From: Dictyostelium discoideum | Lineage: Eukaryota | Direction of reading: 5' to 3' | Length of the DNA stretch: 64,000 nucleotides | Assembly: GCA_000004695.1 (NCBI GenBank) | Contig: CM000153.2 | Span: forward strand, 1,184,001 to 1,248,000 | Shown: piece after piece, positions 1 to 13,398 of the stretch | Numbering within the stretch: the first letter of the stretch is position 1 | How the letters are laid out: every line of letters begins with the position of its first letter | Program-made: the position numbers and the translations under genes | The notes under the pieces: model-generated | What the model saw: the letters and a program-made list of their open reading frames with translations, nothing else | What the model was told of the DNA's origin: nothing | Databases searched by the model: none

Positions 1-878
1 AATTCAAGTGATGAAGTTGAAATTGAATCTAATTGATTTATTAATAAATCAATATTTAATTTTGATTTTGATTTAAATTGTTGTGATATTATTTCATTAC
101 CACTAACAAATTCATTTTCAATTAATAGAGTCGATTCTTTAAATAATTGATTTTCAAAAATTTCTATAATATCTTTTTTAAGATTTTCAAATGATATCAT
201 TCCATTTTTAGATTTTAATTTTATATCAATTGGTAAAATACAATGTAATGATAAAAATTCATTTTCTAAATTATTAATAACTTTAATTTCTGTTGATTTT
301 AATCTATACTAATGATATTGTTAATAAAAAAATTATAATTATTAGTATTGGTATGGAGTGGGTGTTGTTAAAAAGAAATTATAATATTTTATTTTTTTTT
401 TTTTTTTTTTACTTACTAGCTGAGTTGAATTTGTTGCTTTACCATTAATTAAACCAGTTTTTTTAGAATATGAAATGAATTGAAGTGATTTGGAGTTTAT
501 AATTGTATGAATTGATTTTAAGAGTTTCATTATGAATGATTCATTATTTTTTTCATTTAAAGTATCTGAATCTGGTATAATCATATAAATACCAACTATA
601 TCAATTCCACCATACAACATTATATTAACTTGATGACAATACTCTAATATCCATTCTTTATCAATTGATGAAATTGAATCAATATTAATTGGTTTATTAT
701 TATTATCATCATCTGTATTACTAATATTTAATGGTGTTGGAAATAATCCTAAAACAAAAGTTTGTTGTTCACTAATTTCACTTTCTTGACCAATTAATAA
801 ACCAATTTCAATATGTGATTGCTCTAATTTGTTTGATCTTTCTTCAAGTGTGATCTTAATATTTGAATTTATAATCAT
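1..878 (-). CDS. ODR-4-like protein (homologue of ODR4/C1orf27, a GPCR-trafficking chaperone). Partial, the 3' end continues beyond the window start. Exons: 878..417 and 308..<1.
   Basis: ATG at 878-876. Exon 1 ends at the donor CAGCTA|GTAAGT (revcomp of 411-416 ACTTAC). Acceptor CATTAG at 309-314, and exon 2 reads on in frame to position 1 (YRLKSTEIKVINNLENEFLSLHCILP...). N-terminus IEIGLLIGQESEISEQQTFVLGLFPTP...IDKEWILEYCHQVNIMLYGGIDIVGIYMII aligns with human ODR4 FVSGLLIGQCSSQKDYVILATRTPP...LDEEWATEHACQVSRMLPGGLLVLGVFIIT. Confidence 0.6.
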
Positions 879-1328
879 ATTTAATATCTATTTGTAAGTA
901 ATTAATTTTAATTTTTGGGAAAAATGAAAAAAAAACTTTTTTTTTTTTTATTTTTATTTTTTTTTTTGTTTTTTTTTTTTTTTTTTTTTATTTTTTTTAT
1001 TTATGGGAATCCAAGCTTTTTTATCCCTTTATAGGAAAAGTTAAAATTGGAATTATTTTAATTAATAATTGAACTTGTCAATAATAAAGATAAAATTAAT
1101 TAAGGTAATCACATATTTTAGGTGAATAAAAAAAATGGATTTATAAAATATTGTATAAGTACGATGAGGAATTAATATTAAACAATTCTAAAAATAGAAT
1201 TTTAAAAACAATAATTGTAATTACAATTATTATTATTTCCTAATTTAAAGATAGGAATTTTTTTATTTTTAAATATATATTTTATTTTTTATTTTTTATT
1301 TTTTATATATTTGGTTAATTTTGATTTA

Positions 1329-2424
<1,096 letters not shown>

Positions 2425-3327
2425 TTTGTTTGTTTGTTTATTTTTTAAAAAAAAATTCTTTTTTTTTTTTTTTTTAATTTGTATGTGAAAATATTTGTTT
2501 TTTTTTTTTTTTTTTTTTAATTTGTATGTTTTATAATAAAATTTTACAAATTTCTTTTTTTTTTTTTGACAAACAAAAACCAAATATTATGTAGGTATAA
2601 GTTTATTATTTATTATTATTATTATTGTTATTTGTGTGTTGCTTTAAAAATACAAATAGATTGGAACATATGATATTTTAACGTTTAATATAAAAAAAAA
2701 AAAAAAAATGAAATTTTTTTTTTTTTTTTTTTTAATTTTTTTTTTTTTTTTTTTTTTTTGCATATTTGTATTTTTTGATGTGGCAATTTGTTTTATCCCA
2801 AACAATTATTTTTTAATTTGTTTTATTTTTTTTTTTAATTTGTTTTATTTTTTTATTTTTTTTTAAATTTTTAAGAAATCTAAAATTTTTTTTTACGATC
2901 CAATGAAAATTAATAATTTAATGGGCATAAAAAAAAAAACTAAACATCCATTTTCGTTTTTAGTCAAAAATAAAAAACAATATAAATAAAAAAAACTAAA
3001 TAAATATCCATTTTCATTTTTAATCAAAAATCAAAAATTTAAAAAAATGAAAAAAAAATAAAAAAATTAGATATAAATCTTTATAGGTTAACATCAATTA
3101 ATTATTTTATTAGAGCGATCAATGGTATGAATTTTTTTGAAATTTAAAAAGAAAAAAAAAAAAAAAAAAAGATATCTTTTTTTTGACAATAAAAAAATAA
3201 ATAATAAAAATAGATATGGATTTTTAAAATTAAGTCCATATATAGATTTATTTTTTTTTAAATTAAAATAAAAAAAATAAAAAAATAATAAAATTTTGAA
3301 ACAGATAATAGATACTGACTTTATTAT

Positions 3328-5092
3328 TTATTTTTTAGAAGTTATTGATTTTAATTTTGTGCCAACTGAGATTTTCTTTAATTTTAGGAAAATTGAAATT
3401 CTTTCTTTTTTTACATAGAGTGTAACAGCTACAGCTGCAATAGCAACTGCACCAATTATTGGACCAGCTACCCAGGCTTTACTAGTGATTGGTTTTGATT
3501 CATTATTATCACCATCACCATCACCACCATCAGATGGGGTACATGATCTTAATAATAATGAAAACTTTGAAGAGGAAGAAGATGTTGATATGCAATCATT
3601 TGATAAAACCTTTTCAGTATTACTTGATTTATCATACGATTTAAATATAATTTTATCCAACCCCAATGTATTTTTATTATTTTGGTTTGTTGTTGGTGTT
3701 GGTGTTGTTGATGAATCACTACTACTACTACCATCAATTAAAGTATTAAAAGAAATTAAATCAATTTTTGATGTGAAATTATTATTTGAATATTGTTTTA
3801 AAATTGTCTGTAAAAATTCAATATTAATTTTAATTTCTACTAAACCACCATTAATGTAAAATTCATTTAAAATTTCAATAAAAGAGAAATCATTTTCATT
3901 CTCAACATTAAAGATTATTGTTGCATTTGAATCATGTTTATAATTTCCAGAGATTTTAAATTTATTTATAATTGATGTATTTGAATCACCAATTGTTGCA
4001 GCTGAATTTGAAACATTACCAATGAATGAACCATTACCAATAATTGAACCACCTTGGAATTGAATTATTGATTTACTAAACATTGAACCACCTTTTTCCA
4101 TTGAAAATAAACCACCAATTTCTTGTTTAAATTTTTCAATTTCAACTTGATTTTTACCAATTATTAATTTACCACTACTATTCATTTCTACTTGAACTTT
4201 TGAATCATTTATAAATTTAAATGAACCTTGATTTTGGAGAGATTGTAATTCATCATTTTTATCATCATTATCATCATTATTATTATTATTATTATTATCT
4301 GATAAAATATCAGAAGATAAAATGAATTCATTATCATTTTTAATTGTTGAACCTGGTGATAAATGAATTTGACCACCTGATATAACTTTTCCACCATTTT
4401 TCATAGTTGTACCTTTTAATGTAATACTTGTATTTTCCAATGTAATAAATTGACCCATTTCAATTAAAATATTACAAAAGTTACAAACAAATGTTGAATT
4501 CTCTTTAATTGTTAAATTACCTGTAACAACTGTAATCTCTAAATTCTCACCAAAGAAATTACCTTTAATTTCCATAGTTCTATAAACTATGAATGTACTA
4601 TTAATTGAACTAAATGAACCAAATGAATAATAGTAATTTCTAATTGCAACTAATGAATTTTCAATAAACAAATTTGGTGCTTCACAAAAGAAAGAACCAT
4701 CTGAAAATATATTTAAAACTGTATTGTTAAATGTAATTGGTGCATTAGTTGACATAATCACATAATTACCAATATTGATTGAACTATTGTCCGAGTGGAA
4801 GCTAGTATTTGTAAATGCTCCAAAATAACCAAATACATATAATGTTGAGTTTTTAATATCCAAAATACTTGAATTTGTCATAAATAAATTACCTCTCATT
4901 TGAAATATTGAATTTTCAATTGAAACATATGAAAAATGTTTTGTATAAAAATCTGCATCTTGAATTATTAAATTTGAATTATTAACTAAAATACTTGAAT
5001 TATCTCTTAAATCAATTGGTCCTTCAATTGCAAATGTTGAATTATTAATTATCTCAATTTTACTTTTATCCTATTTTTAAAAAATAAATTAA

Positions 5093-5126
<34 letters not shown>

Positions 5127-5997
5127 CCCAACCAAAACTTACTAATAAAATACAAAATGTTTGAACACTTAAATCACTTATACCAACAACATAATAAGAT
5201 TCATCAATTTGTAATAGAGATGAACCAGACATAGTTAATTTTGTATCATTTGAAACTATAGAACTATTAAATACTAATAATTTTGAATTTTCCTTTTAAT
5301 TTTCTTAAAATATTAGTATATATATATATATATAATTATTATAATTATTAATTTCTTTTATTTTAAAATATTTTTAATACATACAGCTAACCTAATATAT
5401 GAATTAAATGCAGTTAAAAGACTCTTTTTTGAAAGATTAATTACAGAATTATATTTAATATTAAAAAAATAATTTGATAAAATTAATTGTGAATCAATAA
5501 CATTAAATTCATTAGAGCTCTAATTTTTTTTTTAAAAAAATTAATAAAGTAGTTAGTAATTTTATTTAAATAAAAAATTTCCACTTTTTTTTTAAAAAAT
5601 GTGAACACACTTACACCTAACGAATTATACATTAATAAACCATGTGTATCATTTAATAAAAAGTACATAACTGAATCAGTTAATGTAAAATTAGCTCCTT
5701 CACTTAATTCAACATAATTATATGAAACTAATGTTGAATGTTGAATATCTATTATTGAATCTCCATTAAAAACTGTAAATCCATGTATTTCTAATTTTTT
5801 AATTGAATAAAATTCCAATTTGGCTTGATTTATTACCCAAAAATTACCATAAATGTAAAAATCATCCAATTGAATTAAAAATGTTAATGAACCTGGATCT
5901 GATGTAAAGAATGAACTATAAAATGCAAGTGGAGCAATAACATTATTATAAAAATCATATCTATTAATTACATCTTTATAAAAAATAACTCCATAAT

Positions 5998-6065
<68 letters not shown>

Positions 6066-6669
6066 ATATGTTAGAATGAAATATAAAAAATAATAATTAT
6101 AATAATTTTGAAATTTATTTATATCTTACATAAAGAAAAAGCTCCAAAATTTTCAACAGTTGCATTGAAATAAGTTGGACCTCTAATTTCCGTAATATAG
6201 GTATTATTGTAAATTAATGCTGTAATGTTATTATAAATTACAAATTCACCATAATAATTGAAAATTATATCTTTACATGTTAAAGGTCCTTTTACCTATA
6301 AATTATAAATTAAAAATTAAAAATTATTACAATAAATTAGCTTTTCAATATTTTGTATTAATTTTTTTAAAAAAAGACTAAAATACTAACTTTGATATAA
6401 CCAAAATTATTGGTCAAAGCATACATTGATATTGGATCATTAATTGTAAGATTATCATAAGTAATTCCGTCAACAACTACATTACTTTCAATTGTTGGAA
6501 CTCCATTTGGGTCCCAATTTTGAGGGTTTTCAGCATCACCATTACCAACTCCAGATATACTAATCCACTCTTTTAAAAATGGTTGTGAATTAACAAAACT
6601 ATTTTTTAAAATAAAAATACAAATTAAAATAAATAAAAAGAAATAAGTATTATTTCCTTCTTTTTTCAT
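3328..6669 (-). CDS. Large type-I transmembrane glycoprotein, about 951 aa, with predicted beta-helix-like extracellular repeats. Six exons: 6669..6391, 6295..6130, 5997..5615, 5519..5385, 5292..5143, 5070..3328.
   Basis: Exon 1 has a signal peptide (MKKEGNNTYFFLFILICIFILKNSFVNSQ). Exons are joined by GTTAGT/GTAAGA/GTAAGT/GTATGT/GTAAGT donors and (A/T)nAG acceptors in consistent phase. The last exon is long (ORF 3328..4899 extended upstream to 5070) with many N-x-S/T sites, an S/T/P-rich stalk (SSSSDSSTTPTPTT) and a single TM helix (AWVAGPIIGAVAIAAVAVTLYV) followed by a short basic tail. No confident family assignment. Confidence 0.55.
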
Positions 6670-6729
6670 TTTTTTTTTTTTTTGTTTGTTTTTTTTTTAT
6701 GATATTTTTTTTTTTTTTATAGTTTTTTT

Positions 6730-6832
6730 TAGTTTTTTCGCATGAGAATTTTAGAAAACCAACTTTTTTTTTTTTTTTATTTTTTCGCATGAGAAAAACT
6801 AAAAAAAAATAAAAGTTGGTTTTTCTAAAAAA
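6730..6832. promoter_or_regulatory. Repeat element in a divergent promoter: direct repeat TTTTCGCATGAGAA (about 6737 and 6786) plus inverted repeat AGAAAACCAACTTTT (6758-6772) / AAAAGTTGGTTTTTCT (6813-6828).
   Basis: Seen directly in the sequence between the minus-strand glycoprotein start (6669) and the plus-strand rae1 start (7439). Any function is inferred. Confidence 0.3.
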
Positions 6833-7438
6833 ATAAAAAAGATATTTTCAATTGATTGGAAATTTTAATTTTTTTTTAAAAATTTTTCTAAAAATAAACT
6901 GGGATTTTTCAAGTTTTTATGCAAATTTCAAAAGATAATTATTTAATTTTTTTTTTTTATTTTTATAAAAAAAAAAAAAGAGGATCCAGTGTAAAAATAA
7001 AAAAAAACACCAGCGAACTTTAAAGATTATTATTTATTTTTTATTTTTTATTTTTTGTAAATAATAGAAATTTAATATTAAAAGTGATGTTTTAAATAAA
7101 ATATTCCATAAAAAAAAAAAAAAAAAAAAACCATTTAAAAAAAAATCATTTAAAAAAAAAAAAAAAAGAAATTCTTTGGGTTTATTTCTTGATTTTTTGA
7201 TAATAATTAACTTTCAAATCTGGAGTAATCACATTGTTGTTTGTTGAAAATTCATATTGAAAAAAATTCTTAAAAAAAAAAAAATAAAAAATAAAAAAAA
7301 AAAAAAAAATAAAAAAAAAAAAATAAAAAAAAAAAAAAAAAAATTCGAAATGAAATTCATTTTTTTTTGAAAATCTCACACACATACATACAGATACATT
7401 TATATATTTATTTATTGTTATTATTATTAAATTATATA

Positions 7439-8760
7439 ATGTTTTCAACATCAACAACTACAAACCCAAATAATGATATTGAATTATCAAGTCCACCAAG
7501 TGATGGTGTATCTTGTTTAAAATTCTCACCAAAAGCAAACAATTTTATAGTAGCAGGTTCATGGGATCAAAAAGTTAGATGTTGGGAAATAAATCCATCA
7601 ACAAAATCATCAATGCCAAAAGCAATCATAAGTCATGATGCTGCAATTTTATGTACAGATTGGAGTGGTGTAAGTTTATTTTAAAAAATAAAAATATCAA
7701 ATAAAATAATAATAACTAATAATAATAATAATATTTTTTTTTAAATTTTTAGGATGGTACAAAAGTATTTACAGGTGGTGTTGATGGTAAAGGAAAATGT
7801 TGGAATTTAGCAACTAATCAAATGGTACAAGTAGCACAACATACAGCACCAATTAAAGAATGTTTTTGGATTGAAGAGAGTAATGTATTAGTTACAGCAT
7901 CATGGGATAAAACATTGAAATATTGGGATACAAGACAACAAACGGGTACACCTGTTTTATCATTAGAATTAACTGAAAGAATATATGCAATGGATATGTT
8001 ATACCCATTATTAGCAGTTGCAACAGCAGATAAAAAAATTTATATTTATGATCTTAAAAATCCACAATCACCTTATAAAACTGTAGACTCATTATTAAAA
8101 TTTCAAACAAGATGTATATCTTGTTTCCCCGATAAAAGTGGTTTCGCTTTAGGTTCAATTGAAGGTAGAGTTGCAATTCAATCTTTAGATGATTCAAAAC
8201 AAGAGTAAGTTTTAAAAATTTTAAGAAAATATATAAAAAATTTAAAAGAAAATAACAAAGAATGATATTAATTATACCCTTCTTCTTCTTATTCTTTTTC
8301 TCTTTTTCATCACCCTTTACTTAAATAAATAAAATATATTTTATTTTTGGATAATTTATTATTATTATTATTATTATTTGGGATGATTTTATAAAAAAAA
8401 AAAAAAAAAAATAGAAATTCATTTACATTTAAATGTCATAGAGAAAATGATACAGTAGCATATGCAGTTAATAATATTTCATTTGCATTACCATATGGTA
8501 CATTCGCAACAGCAGGTTCTGATGGTGGTTTCAGTTTTTGGGATAAAGAATCCAAATTTAGATTAAAACAATTTTCAAAATTACCACAATCAATTTCAAC
8601 AGCAACTTTCAATCTTGATGCTTCTTTATATGCTTATGCATCATCTTATGATTGGAGTAAAGGTAGTCAATATTTTGATCCAAATCAACCAAATTCAATT
8701 TTCGTTCGTGTGGTTGGTGATGAAGCAAAAAAAGGAAATAGACAAACTAAAAAGAGATAA
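7439..8760 (+). CDS. rae1: mRNA export factor Rae1/Gle2 (WD40 repeat protein), 342 aa. Three exons: 7439..7669, 7753..8204, 8415..8760.
   Basis: Donors GTAAGT at 7670 and 8205. Acceptors TTTTTAG at 7752 and ATAG at 8414, phases consistent. Near-colinear match to human RAE1: SCLKFSPKANNFIVAGSWDQKVRCWEI / TASWDKTLKYWDTR / GFALGSIEGRVAI / NSFTFKCHRENDTVAYAVN / GSDGGFSFWDKESK / YAYASSYDWSKG. Confidence 0.85.
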
Positions 8761-8877
8761 ATAAAAATAAAAATTAATAAAAAAAAAAAAAAATAATAAT
8801 AACAACAATCAATACAAATAGTACAATGCAAATAATACAGACTTCAAATGAATATTTAATGTAATCATCCAAGAAAT

Positions 8878-8910
<33 letters not shown>

Positions 8911-8980
8911 CTAATAAAATATAAAAGAATAATAATAATCTTTTTTCTTTTTTTTTATGTAAAGTTACAGAGTGTTTTTT

Positions 8981-9011
<31 letters not shown>

Positions 9012-9105
9012 TAATCAATTAACAAATAAAAAAAAAAAAAAAAAAAAAAATATCTTTTTCTTTTTTTTTTTTTTTTTCTTTTTTTCTTTTTTTTTTTTAT
9101 TTATT

Positions 9106-10626
9106 TTAAGAAGTATATTTAATTCTCATTCTAACAGCAAGATTACCTGGAAGTGCTGGATCAGTGATTGTAATTTCATCATCTTCTTGAACATTTAATT
9201 CTGATAAAGTTTTTTCAAGATTTGGAACAGTTGATTGATGAAGGAGTCCTTGCATATAAAGGTTTCTACCATTTGAACGAAGTGATGGTTTTTTAAATTG
9301 GAAACGAGAATCGGTTGTAATCTTTTCGAGAAAAGTAGAGAGTGTATTTGATTTATCGATTTCAAATGTTACCAAATTTGTACCACAAACTGCACAACCT
9401 TCCTTAATTTCGTATTCAAATGTGAATGTGTAAACACCATTCAAACCATTATACATCATATAGTTATTTAAATAACCACTACTATCGGTACAAAATTTAA
9501 AAACTTCATTACAACATGCTGCTGCAATGATTGCATTGGTTGATGCAATTGCTGGAATAATATTTTTAGCAACACCTTGAGTTAATTTGTATGTGACACC
9601 ATTAATATTGAATTTTTCAGCTCTCTTTTTTGCACATTCAAATAACCAATTCATATGATCTGGATTATCATTATCAAATTGTTCTTTTTATAAAAAATAA
9701 AAAAAATAAATTATATATATATTATATTTTATTAATATTTTTTATTTTTTTAAATATGTTATTAATTATTATTATATTATTAAACTTACTTGGATCAAAT
9801 GGTTTTTCAAGAGTGGCATCTTGAAGTCCAAATAATAAAGCCCATTGAATACAATGTTCTGGTACACGTGGAGTATTTGCAATTGTACATATAGCATAAG
9901 AAACTTGTGGTGGGAAAGCATCCAATGAACATTCAAAACATGAAGAAATCTTTGGAAGAATTACTCTTGCTTGACCTTTGAAACCCTCTGTACCACCATC
10001 AACCAATGGAATGATTGTATCTGGTTCAATATCACCACTATCATTTACAACAACTAAATTAACTAATAAACCATTAATCCATCTTCTTGCTTCTATTGAA
10101 TCTAAACCTGCAATAACAATTTTAAATTGTCTATAATAATCTTCATCTTTATCTTGAATTCTACATTTATGTCTTTTAAAAATAAAATAAAATAAATAAA
10201 ATTAATAAATTATAAAATTAAATAAAAAAAAATAAAAAAAATTTATTTTACTTACGGAGTTACATTACAACCAGTAATTCTTGAATTAATAAAAGCTGCA
10301 GCAACTTCAGCTTTTGATTTTCCAACATCCTTTCTTCTGAAAAGGAATTGTCTATTTAAATTTGAAATATCAATTGTATCCATATCGATAACATCGATAT
10401 TTCTGAAACCAGATAAAGCAAGATTCTTTAAGATTTCACAACCTAAACCACCAGCACCAATAACTAATACCTTGAAATCATTTTGTAAACCATTCATAAT
10501 ATTTGGTGATGCTTTTGTATCTGGTTCAAAACTTGGTGAAGCAAATGGACCTGTTCTCTTTATAATCTTTTCAATATCTATCCATCTACCTGGTAAATCA
10601 ACTGAAGTATCCATTGTTTCCATCAT
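9106..10626 (-). CDS. uba3: NEDD8-activating enzyme E1 catalytic subunit (UBA3), 443 aa. Three exons: 10626..10256, 10172..9790, 9683..9106.
   Basis: ATGATG start at 10626. Donors GTAAGT (revcomp ACTTAC at 10250-10255 and 9784-9789). Matches human UBA3 throughout: [114 protein letters not shown], and the active-site Cys region. Confidence 0.85.
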
Positions 10627-10929
10627 TAATATTTTATTTATCTAATTAAATTATTTATTTGTATATATATATAAATAAATAATCTTAATAAATTCCAAAA
10701 ATTAAAAAAATTAGAAAAAAAAAAAAAAAAAATTAAAAAAAAAAAAAAAAAAAAATGATATTTTTGAAATTAAAAAAAAGAAAAAATAAAAAAAAAAAAA
10801 AAAAAAATAAAATTAATTGTTTTTTTTTTTTCCTTTATTATATTTTTAAATAATTCATTGAAAAATCCTAATTGGAAGATCACCTTTATTTATATTTTTT
10901 ATTATTAATTTTTTTTTTTTTTTTTTTTT

Positions 10930-11271
10930 TTACAATTTTGATAATTTAATATAATTGTTTCTACGATTTTGATAAATCGTTTTTTCTATAAGATCAATTA
11001 TTTTTAAATTTTTAATTTGAGATATATTAAAGTTATTATAATTTGAAAATAAATATATTTTAATTTTTTCAGCACTTTCGTCACTTATTTTATATTGATC
11101 CAATGTTTTATCTAATATCAATGCACAGGTTTCTATATCTAATTCCTTTGAAATTAAATTAATAATATCATTTTTAATTTCCTTATTATTTTTTTTATTT
11201 ATTTGATTGTTGGTTTTTATATTTTTTTTATTAATAAATAAAGTATTAATGGAATTTAATGAAGAAATCAT
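10930..11271 (-). CDS. Hypothetical small K/N-rich protein, 113 aa, single exon.
   Basis: Real ATG (revcomp of CAT at 11269-11271) and an intact ORF in the intergenic region between uba3 and the ADF-H gene. No homology recognised, and the composition is close to background, so it could be spurious. Confidence 0.25.
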   Translation of the reverse strand: MISSLNSINTLFINKKNIKTNNQINKKNNKEIKNDIINLISKELDIETCALILDKTLDQYKISDESAEKIKIYLFSNYNNFNISQIKNLKIIDLIEKTIYQNRRNNYIKLSKL

Positions 11272-11556
11272 TATATATATTTATATAGAAATATATTTTT
11301 TTTTAACTTTTAATTTTTAAAAACAATGGCAAATATTTGAATAATATTTCTTTTTTTTTTTTTTTTTTTTTTTATCATTTAATTTAATTTAATTTTAAAA
11401 TAATTAATTCAAATAATAAAAAAAAAAACAAATTATCTTTAAAAACTCAATAATATTTTTTAATACATTAATACATGTATTATAATAATTTAAACTTGTA
11501 TAAATTAGACACATAATGAAAAAGGATAAAATTAATAGGATATGAAAATAAATTAG

Positions 11557-11559
<3 letters not shown>

Positions 11560-11635
<76 letters not shown>

Positions 11636-11830
11636 TTTTTGGGGGGGGAAAAAAAAAAAATCCCCGGGGGGAAATTTTAATTAAAAAAAAAAAGTCCTTT
11701 TTTAAGGGGAAAAAAAAAAAAACCGGGGTAAACCCCCCAAAAGGGAAAAAGGGTTAAATTTTTTTTTTTTTTTTTTTTTTTTTTCCAGGTTTTTAGTTTT
11801 CCCCAATTCCTTTTTTTTTTTTTTTTTGTT
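11560..11830. other. Anomalous homopolymer island (A70, T-runs, G8, C4G6, C6, ...) with atypical G/C runs. Suspected low-quality or gap-fill sequence.
   Basis: aaaa...tttttttttggggggggaaaaaaaaaaaatccccggggggaaatttt...ccggggtaaaccccccaaaaggg. G/C homopolymers are otherwise absent from this window. Confidence 0.4.
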
Positions 11831-11916
11831 TTTTTTTTTTTTTCTTTTCAATTTATCTGTTAATAATTATTATCTCTATTATCCATTGTGTTTTTTATAT
11901 GTATTTTTAAATAAAA

Positions 11917-11973
11917 ATGAATAGTTTATCTCAAGGGAAATTTATATCCTTAATAAAAAAAAACAAATGGTAA

Positions 11974-12004
<31 letters not shown>

Positions 12005-13356
12005 AATAATTAAATAAAATTACACAACAATTAAAAAAAATACTAATTATTCTTTTTTTTATTTTTTTATTTATTAGGACAATATTTGAAAATGACCTTA
12101 ATATAATTCGTTGTGGTTCAACAATATCAGAATTATGTACAAGTTTTAAATTTAATTCTTGTTTGAATATTATTATTCATGAAACTGTAAATACAAATAT
12201 TGTAACACCAAAAGTTTTACAAAATCCAAACAATAAAGTATTCACAGAGAATGATAATGCTGGACCTTCTTTTATTATCGCATATTATGAAGGACCAAAT
12301 TGTAAACCATTAGAGAAACAACAATTTCATGATTCTTTTTTAAATTTAATTAAAATGTTATCTGTAAGTATTTTATTTTATTTAATTTTATTTTTAATTT
12401 TCAAAACTATATTTGATATTAACTTTTTTAAAATATTTAATTAATTCATTTCCATTTTCATTTTCATTTTCTTTTAATTTTTATTTTTGGAAAAAAAAAA
12501 AAAAAGAAAAAAATAAAAATTAAAAAAGTATTCAACTTTTGTCAACAATATAAACAAGATCAATTATTTGAACAACATTTAAAAAAATATTCATTTAAAT
12601 CATCATTTTTTAATAAAAATCAAAATCAAAATCAACATTGTGAAAATAATATTTCAGATATTATTAATAGAATTGGTGATAAAGAATCAATTGTATTTAA
12701 TTCTCCCAATTCTTATGATTCAATCAGTTTTTCATTATTATCAAATATTGTTGATGTTAAACCATTATTAAAACATGGTAGTATTTTTGTTTATAAAAAG
12801 AATTATAAAGATTTAATTTATGTTTTATTAGAAGAACCAATTTCAAAATCATCTTCTGCAATTCAAAAAATTAAATCAAATTTATTATTTCAATATATTT
12901 ATATATTTTTAACTGTTTGTATCATCTTCCTTTTAAATAATAATAATAATAATAATTATTTAAAATAGTTTATTAACATATATATTTTTTTTCCTTTTCT
13001 TTTTTTTTATTCTTATTCACCAATAGGAAAGTAATAAATTTAATATTGAAGTTATTAAACTAACATCACAATTACAAGTTAATTCATTAGAAGAGATAAT
13101 TTCATCAAATTCATATCATGACGGATACCATTCAATTCAATCACCTGGTGGATTTAGTTTATCAAATAGTTCAATGGGAGGTTGTAGAAGAATATTTAGA
13201 GGTTCTTCATGTTTTTCCGTACCATTGATCTCACCATCTTTATCTCTTAAATCTTCAACTGAAAATTCACCAAATTTAAAGAAACGTGTTTCACCTCATT
13301 CCTATTCACCAATAGTTTCCAAAAATTCAATAAATAATAATAATAATAATAATAAT

Positions 13357-13398
<42 letters not shown>

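Noticed and set aside
12163-12444. Track ORF starts taken at face value as independent small genes (for example 12163, 18435, 19729, 26307, 39692, 41063, 45961, 15580).
   Set aside because: The 'M' at these positions is TTG or GTG. They are internal parts of longer spliced coding regions, or, for 41063, an exon lacking an ATG.
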